Shown here piece after piece: positions 38,986 to 51,006 of a stretch of DNA of 64,000 nt. Made by a program: the position numbers and the translations under genes. The stretch's first letter is position 1; the number at the start of each line of letters is the position of its first letter. This DNA comes from an uncultured Syntrophomonadaceae bacterium (GTDB lineage Bacteria; Bacillota; Dethiobacteria; DTU022). Under the pieces are notes generated by a model. The model did not search any database and was not told the DNA's origin. It saw nothing but the letters and a program-made list of their open reading frames with translations. The stretch covers positions 490 to 64,489 of the forward strand of contig CAYXQO010000008.1 of assembly GCA_964467475.1 (NCBI GenBank), written 5' to 3'.

Positions 38986-41610
38986 TTAGACCTGTTCTGT
39001 TTCTTTAGTTTCTTCGCTTGCCTGGCTGAATGCAAGGCCTTCTGTGCCTGTGCTGATCATGATCGGGGTTTCGGTGCTGATTTCGCCTGCAATAATCCGG
39101 CGGGAAAGCGGGGTTTCCACTTCATTTTGGATAACCCGTTTCAGCGGTCTTGCCCCGAAAGCGGGATCGTAGCCTTTTTCGGCCAGTTGGGCCAGGGCTT
39201 CATCGTCCCACTTGATCGTCAGTCCGGCGGTATCTTCAAGGCGCCTGGTTAACCGCTCAAGCAGCAGCCCGGCGATTTGGTGGACCTGGTCTTTTTCTAA
39301 GGCCTTAAAGACAATGGTTTCATCTACACGGTTTAAAAATTCCGGGCGGAAATGCTGCCTCAGCAAGCCTAAGACAGTGCTTTTCATCTGCTCATAATCT
39401 CCGCCCTTTTCGTGGAAGGAAAGGATCTCCTGGCTGCCAATATTGGAAGTCATGATCAGGATTGTGTTCCTGAAATCAATGGTCCTGCCTTTGCCGTCGG
39501 TTAGCCGGCCGTCGTCTAAAATTTGCAGCATGGCGTTAAACACGTCATGGTGTGCTTTTTCGATTTCGTCGAAAAGGATTACACTATACGGCTTGCGCCT
39601 GACGGCTTCGGTTAGCTGACCTCCTTCTTCGTAGCCCACGTAACCCGGTGGTGCACCGATCAGGCGGGCTACAGTGTGTTTTTCCATGTACTCGGACATA
39701 TCGAGGCGGATCATGTTGCGCTCGTCATCAAACAGAGCCTCGGCTAAGGCCCGGGCCAGTTCGGTCTTGCCCACACCGGTCGGACCGAGAAAGATGAAGC
39801 TACCTACCGGCCGGTTGGGATCTTTAACCCCACTGCGGGCCCTTAGTACTGAGTCGGCCACAGCTTTAACCGCCTCATCCTGTCCGATCACTCTCTCATG
39901 GAGGATTTCATCGAGGCGAACCAGCTTTTCGCGTTCTCCCTCCAGGAGGCGGCTTACCGGGATACCGGTCCAGCGATTGACTACCTGGGCAATTTCAGTT
40001 TCGCTTACTTCTTCGTTTAAAAGCATATCTTCTTTCTGCTTTTTGGCCAGGTGTTCTTCTTCAGCCTGCAGGCGCCTTTCAAGTTCGTTCAGGCGTCCGT
40101 ATTTCAATTCAGCCGCCCGGTTTAAGTCGTACTCACGTTCGGCCTTTTCGATCTCAGTGCGGATTTCGTCGATTTCTTTTTTGAGTTGACGCACCCTGGC
40201 AATGGACTGTTTCTCGGTTTGCCACTGCGCTTTCATCGCATCGGCCTGGCTGCGCAACTCGGCCAACTCTTGGCGCAGTTTTTCCAGGCGTTCCTGTGAT
40301 GCTTTATCTTTTTCCTTGTTCAAGGCCGCTTCTTCGATCTCTAACTGCATTATTCGGCGAGTGATTTCATCTAAAGCCGTCGGCATGCTGTCAATCTGGG
40401 TGCGCAGGTGGGCTGCCGCCTCGTCGATTAAATCGATCGCCTTATCGGGCAGGAAGCGGTCGCTGATGTAGCGGTCAGATAATTCGGCGGCTGCAATCAA
40501 TGCACTGTCCTGGATCCGCACGCCGTGGTGCACCTCGTAGCGTTCCTTCAGTCCACGCAGGATCGAAATAGTATCTTCTACCGAGGGCTGATCGACCTGT
40601 ACCGGCTGGAAACGCCTCTCTAAGGCGGCGTCTTTTTCGATATTCTTGCGGTATTCATCGACGGTGGTAGCCCCGATGCACTGCAGTTCTCCGCGGGCAA
40701 GCATCGGTTTAAGCATGTTGCTGGCATCCATGCCGCCCTCTGCGGCCCCGGCGCCAACCACATTGTGGAGCTCGTCGATGAACAAAATAATTTTACCTTC
40801 CGCGTCCTGGACTTCTTTTAAAACCGCCTTGAGCCTTTCTTCAAACTCGCCGCGGTACTTTGCACCGGAGACGATGGCGCCCATGTCTAAAGCGATTACT
40901 TTTTTGTCTTTGAGTCCTTCGGGGACATCGCCGGCGATGATTCTCCGGGCCAAACCTTCGGCAATTGCCGTTTTCCCCACGCCGGGATCCCCAATTAAAA
41001 CAGGGTTGTTCTTGGTCCGGCGGGAAAGGATTTCCATTACCCGGCGGATCTCCTCGTCACGGCCGATTACCGGATCGAGTTTGCCCCGGGAGGCCAACTC
41101 GGTTAAGTCTTTTCCGTAGCGCATTAACGCTTCGTAAGTTTCTTCCGGGTTATCGCTGGTTACCCGCTGGCTGCCGCGCACGATCTTCAGCGAATTCAGC
41201 AGCTTGGAGCGGTCCAGGTTGAACTGCCCGAACAGTTTTTTCAAATCGTCGTCTCCTTCTTCGGTCAGGGCCAGAAGGAGGTGTTCCACGCTGGTGTATT
41301 CATCTTTTAGCTGTTTTGCTTCCTGTTCGGCCTTTGATAATACCCGGGCCATGGAAGAGCTCATCTGCAAAGGCCCGTCGTAACCGGAAACCCGCGGCAT
41401 GGCGTTGATCTGGTTTTCAAGCTCATTTTTAAACGAGTTTACATCAACTTCCGCGTGTTCTAAGAATTTGCCGGCCATCCCTTCCTCTTGTTCGAGCAAA
41501 GCCAGAAGCAAGTGTTTTGGGCCAACAACCTGATGTCCCCGGTTAACGGCGATTTCCTGCGCTGTATTCAAAGCTTCCCTGGTTTTATTGGTTAAACGCT
41601 CTAAATCCAT
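38986..41610 (-). CDS. clpB: ATP-dependent disaggregase ClpB
   Basis: Two AAA+ modules ([16 protein letters not shown]), middle coiled coil, GARPLKR. Confidence 0.97.
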   Translation of the reverse strand: MDLERLTNKTREALNTAQEIAVNRGHQVVGPKHLLLALLEQEEGMAGKFLEHAEVDVNSFKNELENQINAMPRVSGYDGPLQMSSSMARVLSKAEQEAKQLKDEYTSVEHLLLALTEEGDDDLKKLFGQFNLDRSKLLNSLKIVRGSQRVTSDNPEETYEALMRYGKDLTELASRGKLDPVIGRDEEIRRVMEILSRRTKNNPVLIGDPGVGKTAIAEGLARRIIAGDVPEGLKDKKVIALDMGAIVSGAKYRGEFEERLKAVLKEVQDAEGKIILFIDELHNVVGAGAAEGGMDASNMLKPMLARGELQCIGATTVDEYRKNIEKDAALERRFQPVQVDQPSVEDTISILRGLKERYEVHHGVRIQDSALIAAAELSDRYISDRFLPDKAIDLIDEAAAHLRTQIDSMPTALDEITRRIMQLEIEEAALNKEKDKASQERLEKLRQELAELRSQADAMKAQWQTEKQSIARVRQLKKEIDEIRTEIEKAEREYDLNRAAELKYGRLNELERRLQAEEEHLAKKQKEDMLLNEEVSETEIAQVVNRWTGIPVSRLLEGEREKLVRLDEILHERVIGQDEAVKAVADSVLRARSGVKDPNRPVGSFIFLGPTGVGKTELARALAEALFDDERNMIRLDMSEYMEKHTVARLIGAPPGYVGYEEGGQLTEAVRRKPYSVILFDEIEKAHHDVFNAMLQILDDGRLTDGKGRTIDFRNTILIMTSNIGSQEILSFHEKGGDYEQMKSTVLGLLRQHFRPEFLNRVDETIVFKALEKDQVHQIAGLLLERLTRRLEDTAGLTIKWDDEALAQLAEKGYDPAFGARPLKRVIQNEVETPLSRRIIAGEISTETPIMISTGTEGLAFSQASEETKETEQV

Positions 41611-41612
41611 AT

Positions 41613-41903
41613 TTATTCACCTACTTTCTTGCGTAGACGTTCGATTTCGTCTTGCATATTTTCTATTTTTTCCAGCAAATCTACAATAATGCTTGCGCCG
41701 ATTGTGTTCACGCCAAGATTTCTTTTAAGGCGGATCGCCTTGTTCAACCGGCGCAGATCCTCATAATGAATAGTCTGGTTTTCATCGATATCAATGATGC
41801 CCAGTTCTTCATAAGCATCCAGGATATCGGGATGATATTCCAGCTGATATGTGGTTATTTTTTCTTCCGTGTCCGTATGACAGTGGATTTTTACCAGCTT
41901 CAT
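41613..41903 (-). CDS. Chaperone modulator CbpM / MerR-HspR-like protein
   Basis: [32 protein letters not shown] pattern; overlaps the dnaJ stop. Confidence 0.78.
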   Translation of the reverse strand: MKLVKIHCHTDTEEKITTYQLEYHPDILDAYEELGIIDIDENQTIHYEDLRRLNKAIRLKRNLGVNTIGASIIVDLLEKIENMQDEIERLRKKVGE

Positions 41904-42976
41904 TCTGCTTCCACCCCGCTTTTACGCATTTCGTAGAGCTGCTTGTAGAGGTTTTTCTCCTCTTCGCTCAAGTCCTGGGGTGTGTCAACGACCAGGCGCA
42001 CATACTGATCTCCCCGGGATTTATTTTTCCCCGGGAACCCTTTACCGCGCAGGCGCAGTTTGTTGCCGCTGCGGCTGCCGGCCGGCACTTTGACATTGAC
42101 CGGTCCGTCGAGGGTATCCACTGTTATTTTATCCCCAAATATTGCCTGGTCGGGGCGGATTACGGCATCGGTTTCAACGTGGTTGTCCTTAAGCTTGAAT
42201 TTGGGGTGCGGTTTCAGGCGAACCTTCAAGAAGAGATCCCCTTTCGGCGCACTTCCCAGGCCGCTGCCGCCCTGTCCTTTCAGGCGGATCCGGCTGCCTT
42301 CTTTTACCCCGGCCGGTACATGGACATCGAGATTTTTTTCTTCCGGCACCGACCCGGTACCGCCGCACTGTGGACAAAAGTTGCGGCCGCTGGTTCCGGC
42401 GCCGCTGCACTGGGGACAAACGGCGCCGCCTGAAACCCGGATCTGCTTGGTGGTTCCCCGGTAAGCTTCTTCTAAGCTAAGCTCAATTTCGCTTTCCACG
42501 TCTTCACCCTTCACCGAACCGCGCTGACCTTTGCGCCCCGCACGGCCGGCTCTTCCGGCGGATCCTGCTCCTCCTGCGGTTCCGGCTGCGGCTCCTTCAC
42601 CGAAAAACATCTTGAAGAAATCGCTGAAGCCGCCGCCAAAGATATCTTCAGCGTCAGCACCGCCGAAATCGCCGGAGGTATAGAAGCGGACACCGCCCAT
42701 ACCGGGTGCTCCCTGCTGGAACCCGGAAAAGTCCTGTCCATCTTTCCACCTGCTGCCCATCTGGTCATATTGTTTTCGTTTTTCCGGATCGATTAAGACC
42801 TCATAAGCTTCGTTAACTTTCTTGAACTCTTCTTCGGCTTTTTCTTTTTCGCCTGGTGGATGCAGGTCGGGGTGCCATTTCCGGGCCAGCTTCCGGTATG
42901 CTTTTTTTATTTCTTCTTCCGAGGCGTTGCGGTCAACCCCCAGAATCTGATAGTAGTCCTGATATTTTACTGACAT
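41900..42976 (-). CDS. dnaJ: DnaJ/CbpA-class co-chaperone with two CxxCxGxG motifs
   Basis: J-domain HPD, G/F-rich region, CPQCSGAG and CPQCGGTG, C-terminal GDLFL and LRLRGKG. Confidence 0.92.
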   Translation of the reverse strand: MSVKYQDYYQILGVDRNASEEEIKKAYRKLARKWHPDLHPPGEKEKAEEEFKKVNEAYEVLIDPEKRKQYDQMGSRWKDGQDFSGFQQGAPGMGGVRFYTSGDFGGADAEDIFGGGFSDFFKMFFGEGAAAGTAGGAGSAGRAGRAGRKGQRGSVKGEDVESEIELSLEEAYRGTTKQIRVSGGAVCPQCSGAGTSGRNFCPQCGGTGSVPEEKNLDVHVPAGVKEGSRIRLKGQGGSGLGSAPKGDLFLKVRLKPHPKFKLKDNHVETDAVIRPDQAIFGDKITVDTLDGPVNVKVPAGSRSGNKLRLRGKGFPGKNKSRGDQYVRLVVDTPQDLSEEEKNLYKQLYEMRKSGVEAE

Positions 42977-43012
42977 ACCAATTCCCCCAACTTCTTAAGC
43001 ATATTGCCGCTG

Positions 43013-43732
43013 CTATTCGTCTTTTCCATTATCTTGATTTTCCTCGTTATCATGGTATGATTCATTGCTGTCTCTTGATTCTTTTTCTTCTGCCTGTCCT
43101 TCCTGCTCCGCCGGCCTGGAAGCCACCATGACCCGGGCCGGCCTCAGCAGGATATCGCCAAGTTTGTAACCGGTGGTAATTTCTTCAGCTACACAACCTT
43201 CCGGGTGTTGGTTGGTTTCAATGTAGCCGATACCTTCCTGGTCTTCTGGGTCGAAGGGCTTGCCCAGGCAGTCGACAGGCCTGACCCCGTGTTTATCTAG
43301 AAGCTCATAGAACTGCCGGGCCATGATGTTGATTCCTTCGGCCGCGGCCTGGTCCTGAACTTGTTTTCTTGCTTGTTCGAAGTAATCCAAAAAGGTGAGT
43401 AAATCGGTTAATATATCTTTTTTGGCATGGAGTTTTTTATTCTCGATTTCCCGCTCCATGCGTTTGCGTAAATTATCTAAATCTGCCCGGGTACGGGTAT
43501 GCTTCTCTCTTTCTTCTTCGAGTTCCCGGCGCAGGGTTTCGATTTCTTCTTCAAGATCGGGCTTTTCTTCAAACCAGTAGGGCTTTTCTTCTCTTTGCTT
43601 TTCCTGCCCTTTTTGAGCAGCTTCGTTACCCGATCCTTGGAACTTTTTGGTTTCTTCTTCGTTCATCTTTTCATTTGTTTCCTTATTTTTGTTATCGTTA
43701 TTTTCACCCATGTTCCTTTTTTTCATATCCAT
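43013..43732 (-). CDS. grpE: Nucleotide exchange factor GrpE
   Basis: RADLDNLRKR, GKPFDP, GYKLGDILLRPARVMV. Confidence 0.93.
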   Translation of the reverse strand: MDMKKRNMGENNDNKNKETNEKMNEEETKKFQGSGNEAAQKGQEKQREEKPYWFEEKPDLEEEIETLRRELEEEREKHTRTRADLDNLRKRMEREIENKKLHAKKDILTDLLTFLDYFEQARKQVQDQAAAEGINIMARQFYELLDKHGVRPVDCLGKPFDPEDQEGIGYIETNQHPEGCVAEEITTGYKLGDILLRPARVMVASRPAEQEGQAEEKESRDSNESYHDNEENQDNGKDE

Positions 43733-43829
43733 ACCTCCAACTTAAAGGTTCTTAAAAGCAGGGCCGGGAAACTTTTAAGAACCGGCCCTGCTCATGAACC
43801 CCTAACCGTTTACAACTAACGGTTACGGT

Positions 43830-45737
<1,908 letters not shown>

Positions 45738-45923
45738 AGATATTCACCTCATTTCCTTTCGTATTTTGGGTTATTTGTTTAAGCGATATCCGGGGCAACC
45801 CGCCGGCACTTTAACCGGCAAAATTAAATTCGATTTTATTCGGGTTTGCCCCAAGCTTTTAAATTTGCCTGTAAAACTTTTATATTCTTACCTGCTCTGG
45901 CCCGCTCAAGTGGGCCGGCATTT

Positions 45924-46286
45924 TTATTCCATCAACCCGTCGCTGGCCACTTTTACCCAGACGCAATCTGCTGCGTGACCGGCCAGCTCTTCCTTGATTT
46001 TTTTGTGCACTGCCTCGATATCTTTCTGGGTTTGGCTAAAAATTTGGTTACAACCGTCATCTAAATTTAAGTCGATTCCTTCCTGGGCAATGCGGTTAAC
46101 TGCTTCTAAGTGTTCATATATCTGGTTGTACTTTTCCCTGGTGGCCAGGGCATCGCGCATCATTTCTGCTTCTTCCTCGTCTAACAGCTCGAACTTTTCT
46201 TTCGGTGCCCCGCACTTTGGGCAAATATCAGGGGGTTCTTCTCCTTCGTGCAGGTAACCGCACACTTCACAACGCCACATTTTCAT
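45924..46286 (-). CDS. Rubredoxin-like domain protein with helical C-terminus
   Basis: WRCEVCGY...PPDICPKCGAPKEKF. Confidence 0.85.
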   Translation of the reverse strand: MKMWRCEVCGYLHEGEEPPDICPKCGAPKEKFELLDEEEAEMMRDALATREKYNQIYEHLEAVNRIAQEGIDLNLDDGCNQIFSQTQKDIEAVHKKIKEELAGHAADCVWVKVASDGLME

Positions 46287-46308
46287 TTTTTTAATCCCCT
46301 TTCATTGG

Positions 46309-46746
46309 TTATTGTATTCTCAGGCAAAGCCTTAGCTTTTCTCCTTTAGATGCCCGGGCCAGTTCTCGGTCCAGGGTGAGGATCATTAGTTCGGGAAACT
46401 CCCGCTGCAGGGTTTTTGCCGTGGCCAGGTGCCACAGGCCCGATCCATGTAGTGGCCACCTCCTGGCCAATTGCCGCAGGGCCATGTTATCAGGCACTAT
46501 ATTTAACCTGCTCCACGGACCGGATTCGAGTAGATCAAAGATTGATTCGATCAGCATTTCCGGCAGCAGGTTTTCCCTCTGGATCCGGTTGATCACCGTA
46601 TAGGCTTCAGCGATGGTCAGGGTGGTTAAAAGATGAACTCCCCTTTGTTGTGCTTTTTCCTTGACCAGCTCGCTGTGCTTGTCCTTGAACAGGTACGACA
46701 GGAGGGCGGATGAGTCCCAGTAAATTACCGCCATCCGCTCATTCAT
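46309..46746 (-). CDS. vapC: PIN-domain (VapC-family) toxin
   Basis: YWDSSAL, TIAEA, LWHLATA, TLDREL; overlaps the antitoxin stop. Confidence 0.82.
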   Translation of the reverse strand: MNERMAVIYWDSSALLSYLFKDKHSELVKEKAQQRGVHLLTTLTIAEAYTVINRIQRENLLPEMLIESIFDLLESGPWSRLNIVPDNMALRQLARRWPLHGSGLWHLATAKTLQREFPELMILTLDRELARASKGEKLRLCLRIQ

Positions 46747-47029
46747 TATTGCGCTCCTCCTTGATAAACTTTTGGGCATATTCTTCCGGTAGTTCAATCG
46801 GTTCTTCCGGTTCCTGTTTCCCGTCTTGTGAGCAAACCTCGATTAGCCCGCAGCTTTCATAGTTTCTGATCCTTTCTTCTAAGGAAAGGGTTTTTCTCTC
46901 TGCCGGAACCAGCTTGGCAACGGGTGTTCCCCGGTCGGTGATGATTATTTCCATCCCGCTGCGGACGTCCCGGATCAATTTGCTTAAATTTATTCTTGCT
47001 TCGCGGATGCCGATATAGTTTTTCTTCAT
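46739..47029 (-). CDS. Phd/YefM-family antitoxin
   Basis: IGIREARINLSKLIRDV...EIIITDRGTPVAKLVP. Confidence 0.9.
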   Translation of the reverse strand: MKKNYIGIREARINLSKLIRDVRSGMEIIITDRGTPVAKLVPAERKTLSLEERIRNYESCGLIEVCSQDGKQEPEEPIELPEEYAQKFIKEERNNE

Positions 47030-47042
47030 TGCAATCACGCCC

Positions 47043-47067
47043 TAATGTAGTCACTGTTACTACATTA
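47043..47067. promoter_or_regulatory. Probable toxin-antitoxin autoregulatory operator
   Basis: Perfect inverted repeat TAATGTAGT-7-ACTACATTA just upstream of the antitoxin start. Confidence 0.65.
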
Positions 47068-47309
47068 AATTATAGGGGTGGTGATCCGGTTTGTCAACAG
47101 TTTTTGTGTACACAGGCACCACATTTTCGAAAAAAATTTTTTAAAGGAGCTAAGCTTTGTAATTACCTATCCATTACAAGGCCGTGGGCAGGAATAAACC
47201 GGCTCCTGTCGAATTATTAAATTATAAGTTAGAGATACCCAAAAACACTGATGCCGGTGATCAATCAGGAAAAGGAAGCTTAGGCCGGCGAAAGGAGAAT
47301 CAGCTTAAT

Positions 47310-48056
47310 TTGCTATCCCTGGAGAATATAAACCTTGAGTTCCAGTCAGAAGAGAAGAAAATCCCAATCTTACATGATATCAACTTAAACTTCGAGGCCG
47401 GCAAGATGTATGCGATAACCGGGCCTAACGGCAGCGGAAAGTCCTCGGTAGTCCGGGTGGCCATGGGAATCTACAGGCATACATCCGGCCGGGTCCTTTA
47501 TAACGGGGAAGATATCAGCGAGCTTGGCATATCTGAGCGGGCCAGGAAAGGCATCGGTTATGCTTTTCAGCATCCACCCCGGTTTAAGGGAATGCCGGTC
47601 AAAGACATGCTGGAAATGGCCATGAAATACTCAGACAGCGTAAATTGCCAGGTGCTCCGCGATATTGGGCTCTGCCCGGACGAATACCTGGAGCGAACTT
47701 TGGATAACAGCTTGTCCGGCGGGGAAATCAAGCGTATTGAAATTGCCACCCTGCTGGCCCAAAATCCAAAGATGCGTATTTTTGACGAACCGGAAGCAGG
47801 CATTGATCTGTGGAGCTTTGAACAATTAATCAATGTAATCGGGGGAACCCACCGCGAAGATACTTCCACCGTGGTCATCTCGCACCAGGAGAAAATCTTA
47901 AATATGGTAGATGAAATTATCCTTATTGAAGATGGCACTGTCAGTATGCGCGGCAGCAGAGATGAAATTTGGCCCCGGATCAAAGCAAGCGCGGAGTGTT
48001 CTTGCCGTTACAATTGCCAACAGGAGGGAGAAATCTATGCTGACTGCCCTCGATAA
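47310..48056 (+). CDS. sufC: SufC-like (SmsC-type) ABC ATPase with Cys-rich tail
   Basis: GPNGSGKS, AFQHP, LSGGEIKRIE, DEPEAGID; tail CSCRYNC...C; start at TTG behind AGGAG. Confidence 0.85.
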   Translation: MLSLENINLEFQSEEKKIPILHDINLNFEAGKMYAITGPNGSGKSSVVRVAMGIYRHTSGRVLYNGEDISELGISERARKGIGYAFQHPPRFKGMPVKDMLEMAMKYSDSVNCQVLRDIGLCPDEYLERTLDNSLSGGEIKRIEIATLLAQNPKMRIFDEPEAGIDLWSFEQLINVIGGTHREDTSTVVISHQEKILNMVDEIILIEDGTVSMRGSRDEIWPRIKASAECSCRYNCQQEGEIYADCPR

Positions 48057-48954
48057 AAAACTTTTAGAAGAAGTGGCCGATCTGCACGGTGAACCGCCCG
48101 GGGCATTTAATATCCGCAAAGACGGCAAAGGTATTGAACGTCGCTCTTTAGAGGGCATTGAAATAACCCCGAAAAAAGATCAACCCGGCATTGATGTAGT
48201 GGTCGCCGAGGGAAAGGAAGGAACTGTCCACATCCCGGTAATTCTTACCGAGAATGAACTATCAGACCTGGTTTACAATCATATCGATATTGGGTCGGGG
48301 GCAAATATAACCCTGGTTGCCGGCTGCGGTATCCATAACCCCGGCTCCGGAAAGAGTCAGCACGATGGGGTCCATGAAATATATGTGCGTAAAGGGGCCC
48401 GCTTAGTTTATACCGAAAAGCATTTTGGTGAGGGCGAAGATAGCGGGGAACGGGTGCTTAATCCCAAGACCGTCCTGTATGTTGAAGAAGGGGGTTATGC
48501 TGAACTGGAACTGGTCCAGATCAGGGGGGTCGACAAAACCTCGAGAGTTACAGAGGCTGAAGTAAAAGCTGGTGGACGCCTGGTGATGTATGAACGCCTG
48601 CTTACCCACGGCGAACAATCGGCAAACTCCGACGTGGTGGTTAAACTGATGGGTGAGGAGAGCACTGCTCGCATTATTTCCCGTTCTGTAGCCCAGGACA
48701 ATTCCAGACAGAGTTTTTACCCCCGCCTTTTGGCCCACGGTCCCGGACGCGGGCATGTGGAGTGTGACTCAATCATTATGGACCATGCTACAGTACGCTC
48801 GGTTCCTGAAATTTGGGCAGAAAATGCCGAGGCTGAACTGGTCCACGAAGCAGCTATTGGTAAAATTGCCGGGGAACAGCTGACTAAACTGATGGCCCTG
48901 GGCCTTACCGAAGAAGAAGCGGAAGAGGCGATCATCAGCGGCTTCCTTAAATAA
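48037..48954 (+). CDS. Single SufB/SufD-family scaffold (SmsB-type)
   Basis: GAFNIRKDG, HIPV, GCGIHN, GHVECDSII, HEAAIGKIA. Confidence 0.88.
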   Translation: MLTALDKKLLEEVADLHGEPPGAFNIRKDGKGIERRSLEGIEITPKKDQPGIDVVVAEGKEGTVHIPVILTENELSDLVYNHIDIGSGANITLVAGCGIHNPGSGKSQHDGVHEIYVRKGARLVYTEKHFGEGEDSGERVLNPKTVLYVEEGGYAELELVQIRGVDKTSRVTEAEVKAGGRLVMYERLLTHGEQSANSDVVVKLMGEESTARIISRSVAQDNSRQSFYPRLLAHGPGRGHVECDSIIMDHATVRSVPEIWAENAEAELVHEAAIGKIAGEQLTKLMALGLTEEEAEEAIISGFLK

Positions 48955-48972
48955 AATTACGGGGGTTGTTTT

Positions 48973-49959
48973 TTGAGCATAATCACAATTTCGCGTGAGT
49001 TCGGCAGCGGAGGTGAGGCTGTAGCCCGCCTTGTGTCTCAAAAAACGGGGTTTCTTCTAATTAACAAAGATTCGATTGCCCGGGGGCTGGCCGAACACGG
49101 CATCGAACCGCCCGGGGAAGGTCTTGAAGATCTTGACTTAGAACAAGACGAAGCCGCCCGCAGTTATATCGAGGCAACCCATGAATATATTTACGACCTG
49201 GCTATCCGCAACGACCTGGTGATTTTAGGTCGTGGTGGTTCGATCTTGTTTAAGGATTACCCCCCGGCCTTACATGTAAGGATTATTGCGCAATTTACCA
49301 GGCGCGTTCAGCGGGTGATGAAAACATACGATCTCAATTCCGATACGGCAGTCAAACTGGTCAAGGAAAAAGATCGCAACATGATCCGCTACTACCGTCA
49401 GGTTTTCGATGTTAACTGGAACAACCTGCGCCTTTATAACCTGGTTCTCAATACAGAGATAATGGAATTAGAAGATGTAGCTGACATCATTGTCGGAGCG
49501 TACCGCATTCATGCCGAACCACGGGAAATTAAAGATGCTCCTCCGAAACCTGAAATCGAAGACAGCGTCTTTGCCACCCCTGCCGAGAACGAAACAGAGC
49601 ATTTTATGCACTCCAGTGAGGAGGAATTCGCTCATATGCTTGATTTTTACCGGATCCGCTGGGAATATGAGCCGCGGACATTCCTCCTGGAGTGGGATAG
49701 TGAAGGCAACGTGGTGGAAGCTTTTTCCCCCGATTTTTATTTGCCCGACCAGGCCCTTTTTATAGAGCTGACCACCCAGAAGCCGAAACAGGCCTGGAAA
49801 AAGAACCGTAAAATTAGGCGCATGAACGAGCTATACCCTCATATCAATGTCAAGTTGATTGATAAACGGGGCTTTGAAAGCCTGCTTAAAAAACACAGCA
49901 TCGATCAGGAGCAGGATGATCGCCGGGATGATTATGAAGATGAAGGAGAGGAAACTTGA
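48973..49959 (+). CDS. Cytidylate-kinase-like domain fused to a PD-(D/E)XK-like domain
   Basis: ITISREFGSGG...VILGRGG...LHVRIIA; C-terminal HSSEEEFA...WEYEPRTF...PDFYLP...FIELTT. Confidence 0.8.
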   Translation: MSIITISREFGSGGEAVARLVSQKTGFLLINKDSIARGLAEHGIEPPGEGLEDLDLEQDEAARSYIEATHEYIYDLAIRNDLVILGRGGSILFKDYPPALHVRIIAQFTRRVQRVMKTYDLNSDTAVKLVKEKDRNMIRYYRQVFDVNWNNLRLYNLVLNTEIMELEDVADIIVGAYRIHAEPREIKDAPPKPEIEDSVFATPAENETEHFMHSSEEEFAHMLDFYRIRWEYEPRTFLLEWDSEGNVVEAFSPDFYLPDQALFIELTTQKPKQAWKKNRKIRRMNELYPHINVKLIDKRGFESLLKKHSIDQEQDDRRDDYEDEGEET

Positions 49960-50504
49960 GCGATCAAAAGTTTTACGGGGAAGACCAGCTAAAAATAATT
50001 TTCACCCGGGAACAGATCGAAGAAAAAATTAATGAGCTGGGCAAAAATATTTCTGAAGACTATGCAGACAAGGATTTGATTATGGTCGGTGTCCTGCGTG
50101 GCAGCACCTATTTTTTAGTTGATTTGACCCGTAAAATGCAGATTCCTTTTGCCATAGATTTTATCAGTATTTCCCATTACAGCGAACAGACCGATTCCAC
50201 CGGGGTGGTCAGGATCACCAAGGATTTAGACTTAAGCGTCAGCGGTAAGCATGTGCTTATCGTTGAAGATATAGTCGACACAGGTTTGAGCCTCGGTTAT
50301 TTGCTGCGCAACATAAAAACCAGGAACCCTGCCGGCCTTAAGGTTTGTACTCTCTTGAATGTGGAAGCGCGGCGCATCGTGGATGTGCCCGTTGACTACA
50401 AGGGTTTTGATATTCCCAATATATTCGTGGTCGGTTATGGCCTTGACTATAATGAGAATTATCGAAACCTGCAGTTTATCGCTGAGTTTAATCGTCCCCA
50501 GTAG
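49956..50504 (+). CDS. hpt: Hypoxanthine phosphoribosyltransferase
   Basis: GVLRG, VLIVEDIVDTGLSL, FVVGYGLDY. Confidence 0.96.
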   Translation: MSDQKFYGEDQLKIIFTREQIEEKINELGKNISEDYADKDLIMVGVLRGSTYFLVDLTRKMQIPFAIDFISISHYSEQTDSTGVVRITKDLDLSVSGKHVLIVEDIVDTGLSLGYLLRNIKTRNPAGLKVCTLLNVEARRIVDVPVDYKGFDIPNIFVVGYGLDYNENYRNLQFIAEFNRPQ

Positions 50505-50687
50505 ACCTCTGTTTACTAATTATCTTAACTCGCTAGACTTGCAAAGGCATGTTCGGTGGCCAAAGCGTATTCGGTCCAATGCTAACCAAACAGGTGCGAA
50601 GGCTTACTTTCCTGAAGGCCGCGAAGAGACGGCACCGGTCTAAAATGCAGCAAGGCCTGAGCAGACACAAAAAAAGTACATAAAAGA

Positions 50688-51000
50688 ACCAGGTTCCAAC
50701 AGACCTGCGGTTTTGCCTGCAGAACCTGACTTCTACCGACCCTCTACGGTTGTTCCGTCACCTCTACAGGCGACTTTCCAACCTCCGGCCAGTTTCTTCA
50801 GACTCTGCGCTGCGGTTTTTCCGGCGCTTCCCGGTTAAGTTCGGTTTTACCCTGAACTTTACCTTTCTGCTGCCGTCCCTTGCAGCTGCCTGGTTCTCCT
50901 GGATACTGTCGGTTTTTCAATCAAGGCTTTCGCCTTTTTCTTCCACCGGTTTCTCCTCTTGAACCAGACCCGGCTTGCCTTGAGCCTCTCGGAACCTGGT
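50688..51000 (-). ncRNA. Candidate stand-alone structured ncRNA (~313 nt), family not recognised
   Basis: Promoter immediately upstream; 5' and 3' ends complementary (ACCAGGTTCC / GGAACCTGGT, extendable to ~16 bp); multiple hairpins; U-rich 3' flank; no credible ORF. Confidence 0.65.
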
Positions 51001-51006
51001 GAAATT

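Noticed and set aside
45738-45923. CIRCE or HAIR heat-shock operator upstream of dnaK
   Set aside because: Neither TTAGCACTC-N9-GAGTGCTAA nor CTTGAGT-N7-ACTCAAG is present
50688-51000. Identity of the candidate ncRNA as RNase P RNA, tmRNA, SRP or 6S
   Set aside because: No GAGGAAAGUCC near the 5' end with its P4 partner, no tRNA-like ends or tag ORF, no SRP helix-8 GGAAGGAAGCAGC, and it is multibranched and too long for 6S; an Rfam search is still needed
50688-51000. CsrB-like GGA sponge
   Set aside because: About ten GGA trinucleotides are present, but that is roughly what a purine-rich 313-nt sequence would give, and most are not presented in loops; the repeated loops are A-rich
50688-51000. 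MITE (10-bp terminal inverted repeat)
   Set aside because: No target-site duplication, no second copy in the window, and the promoter is placed exactly to start at the first base
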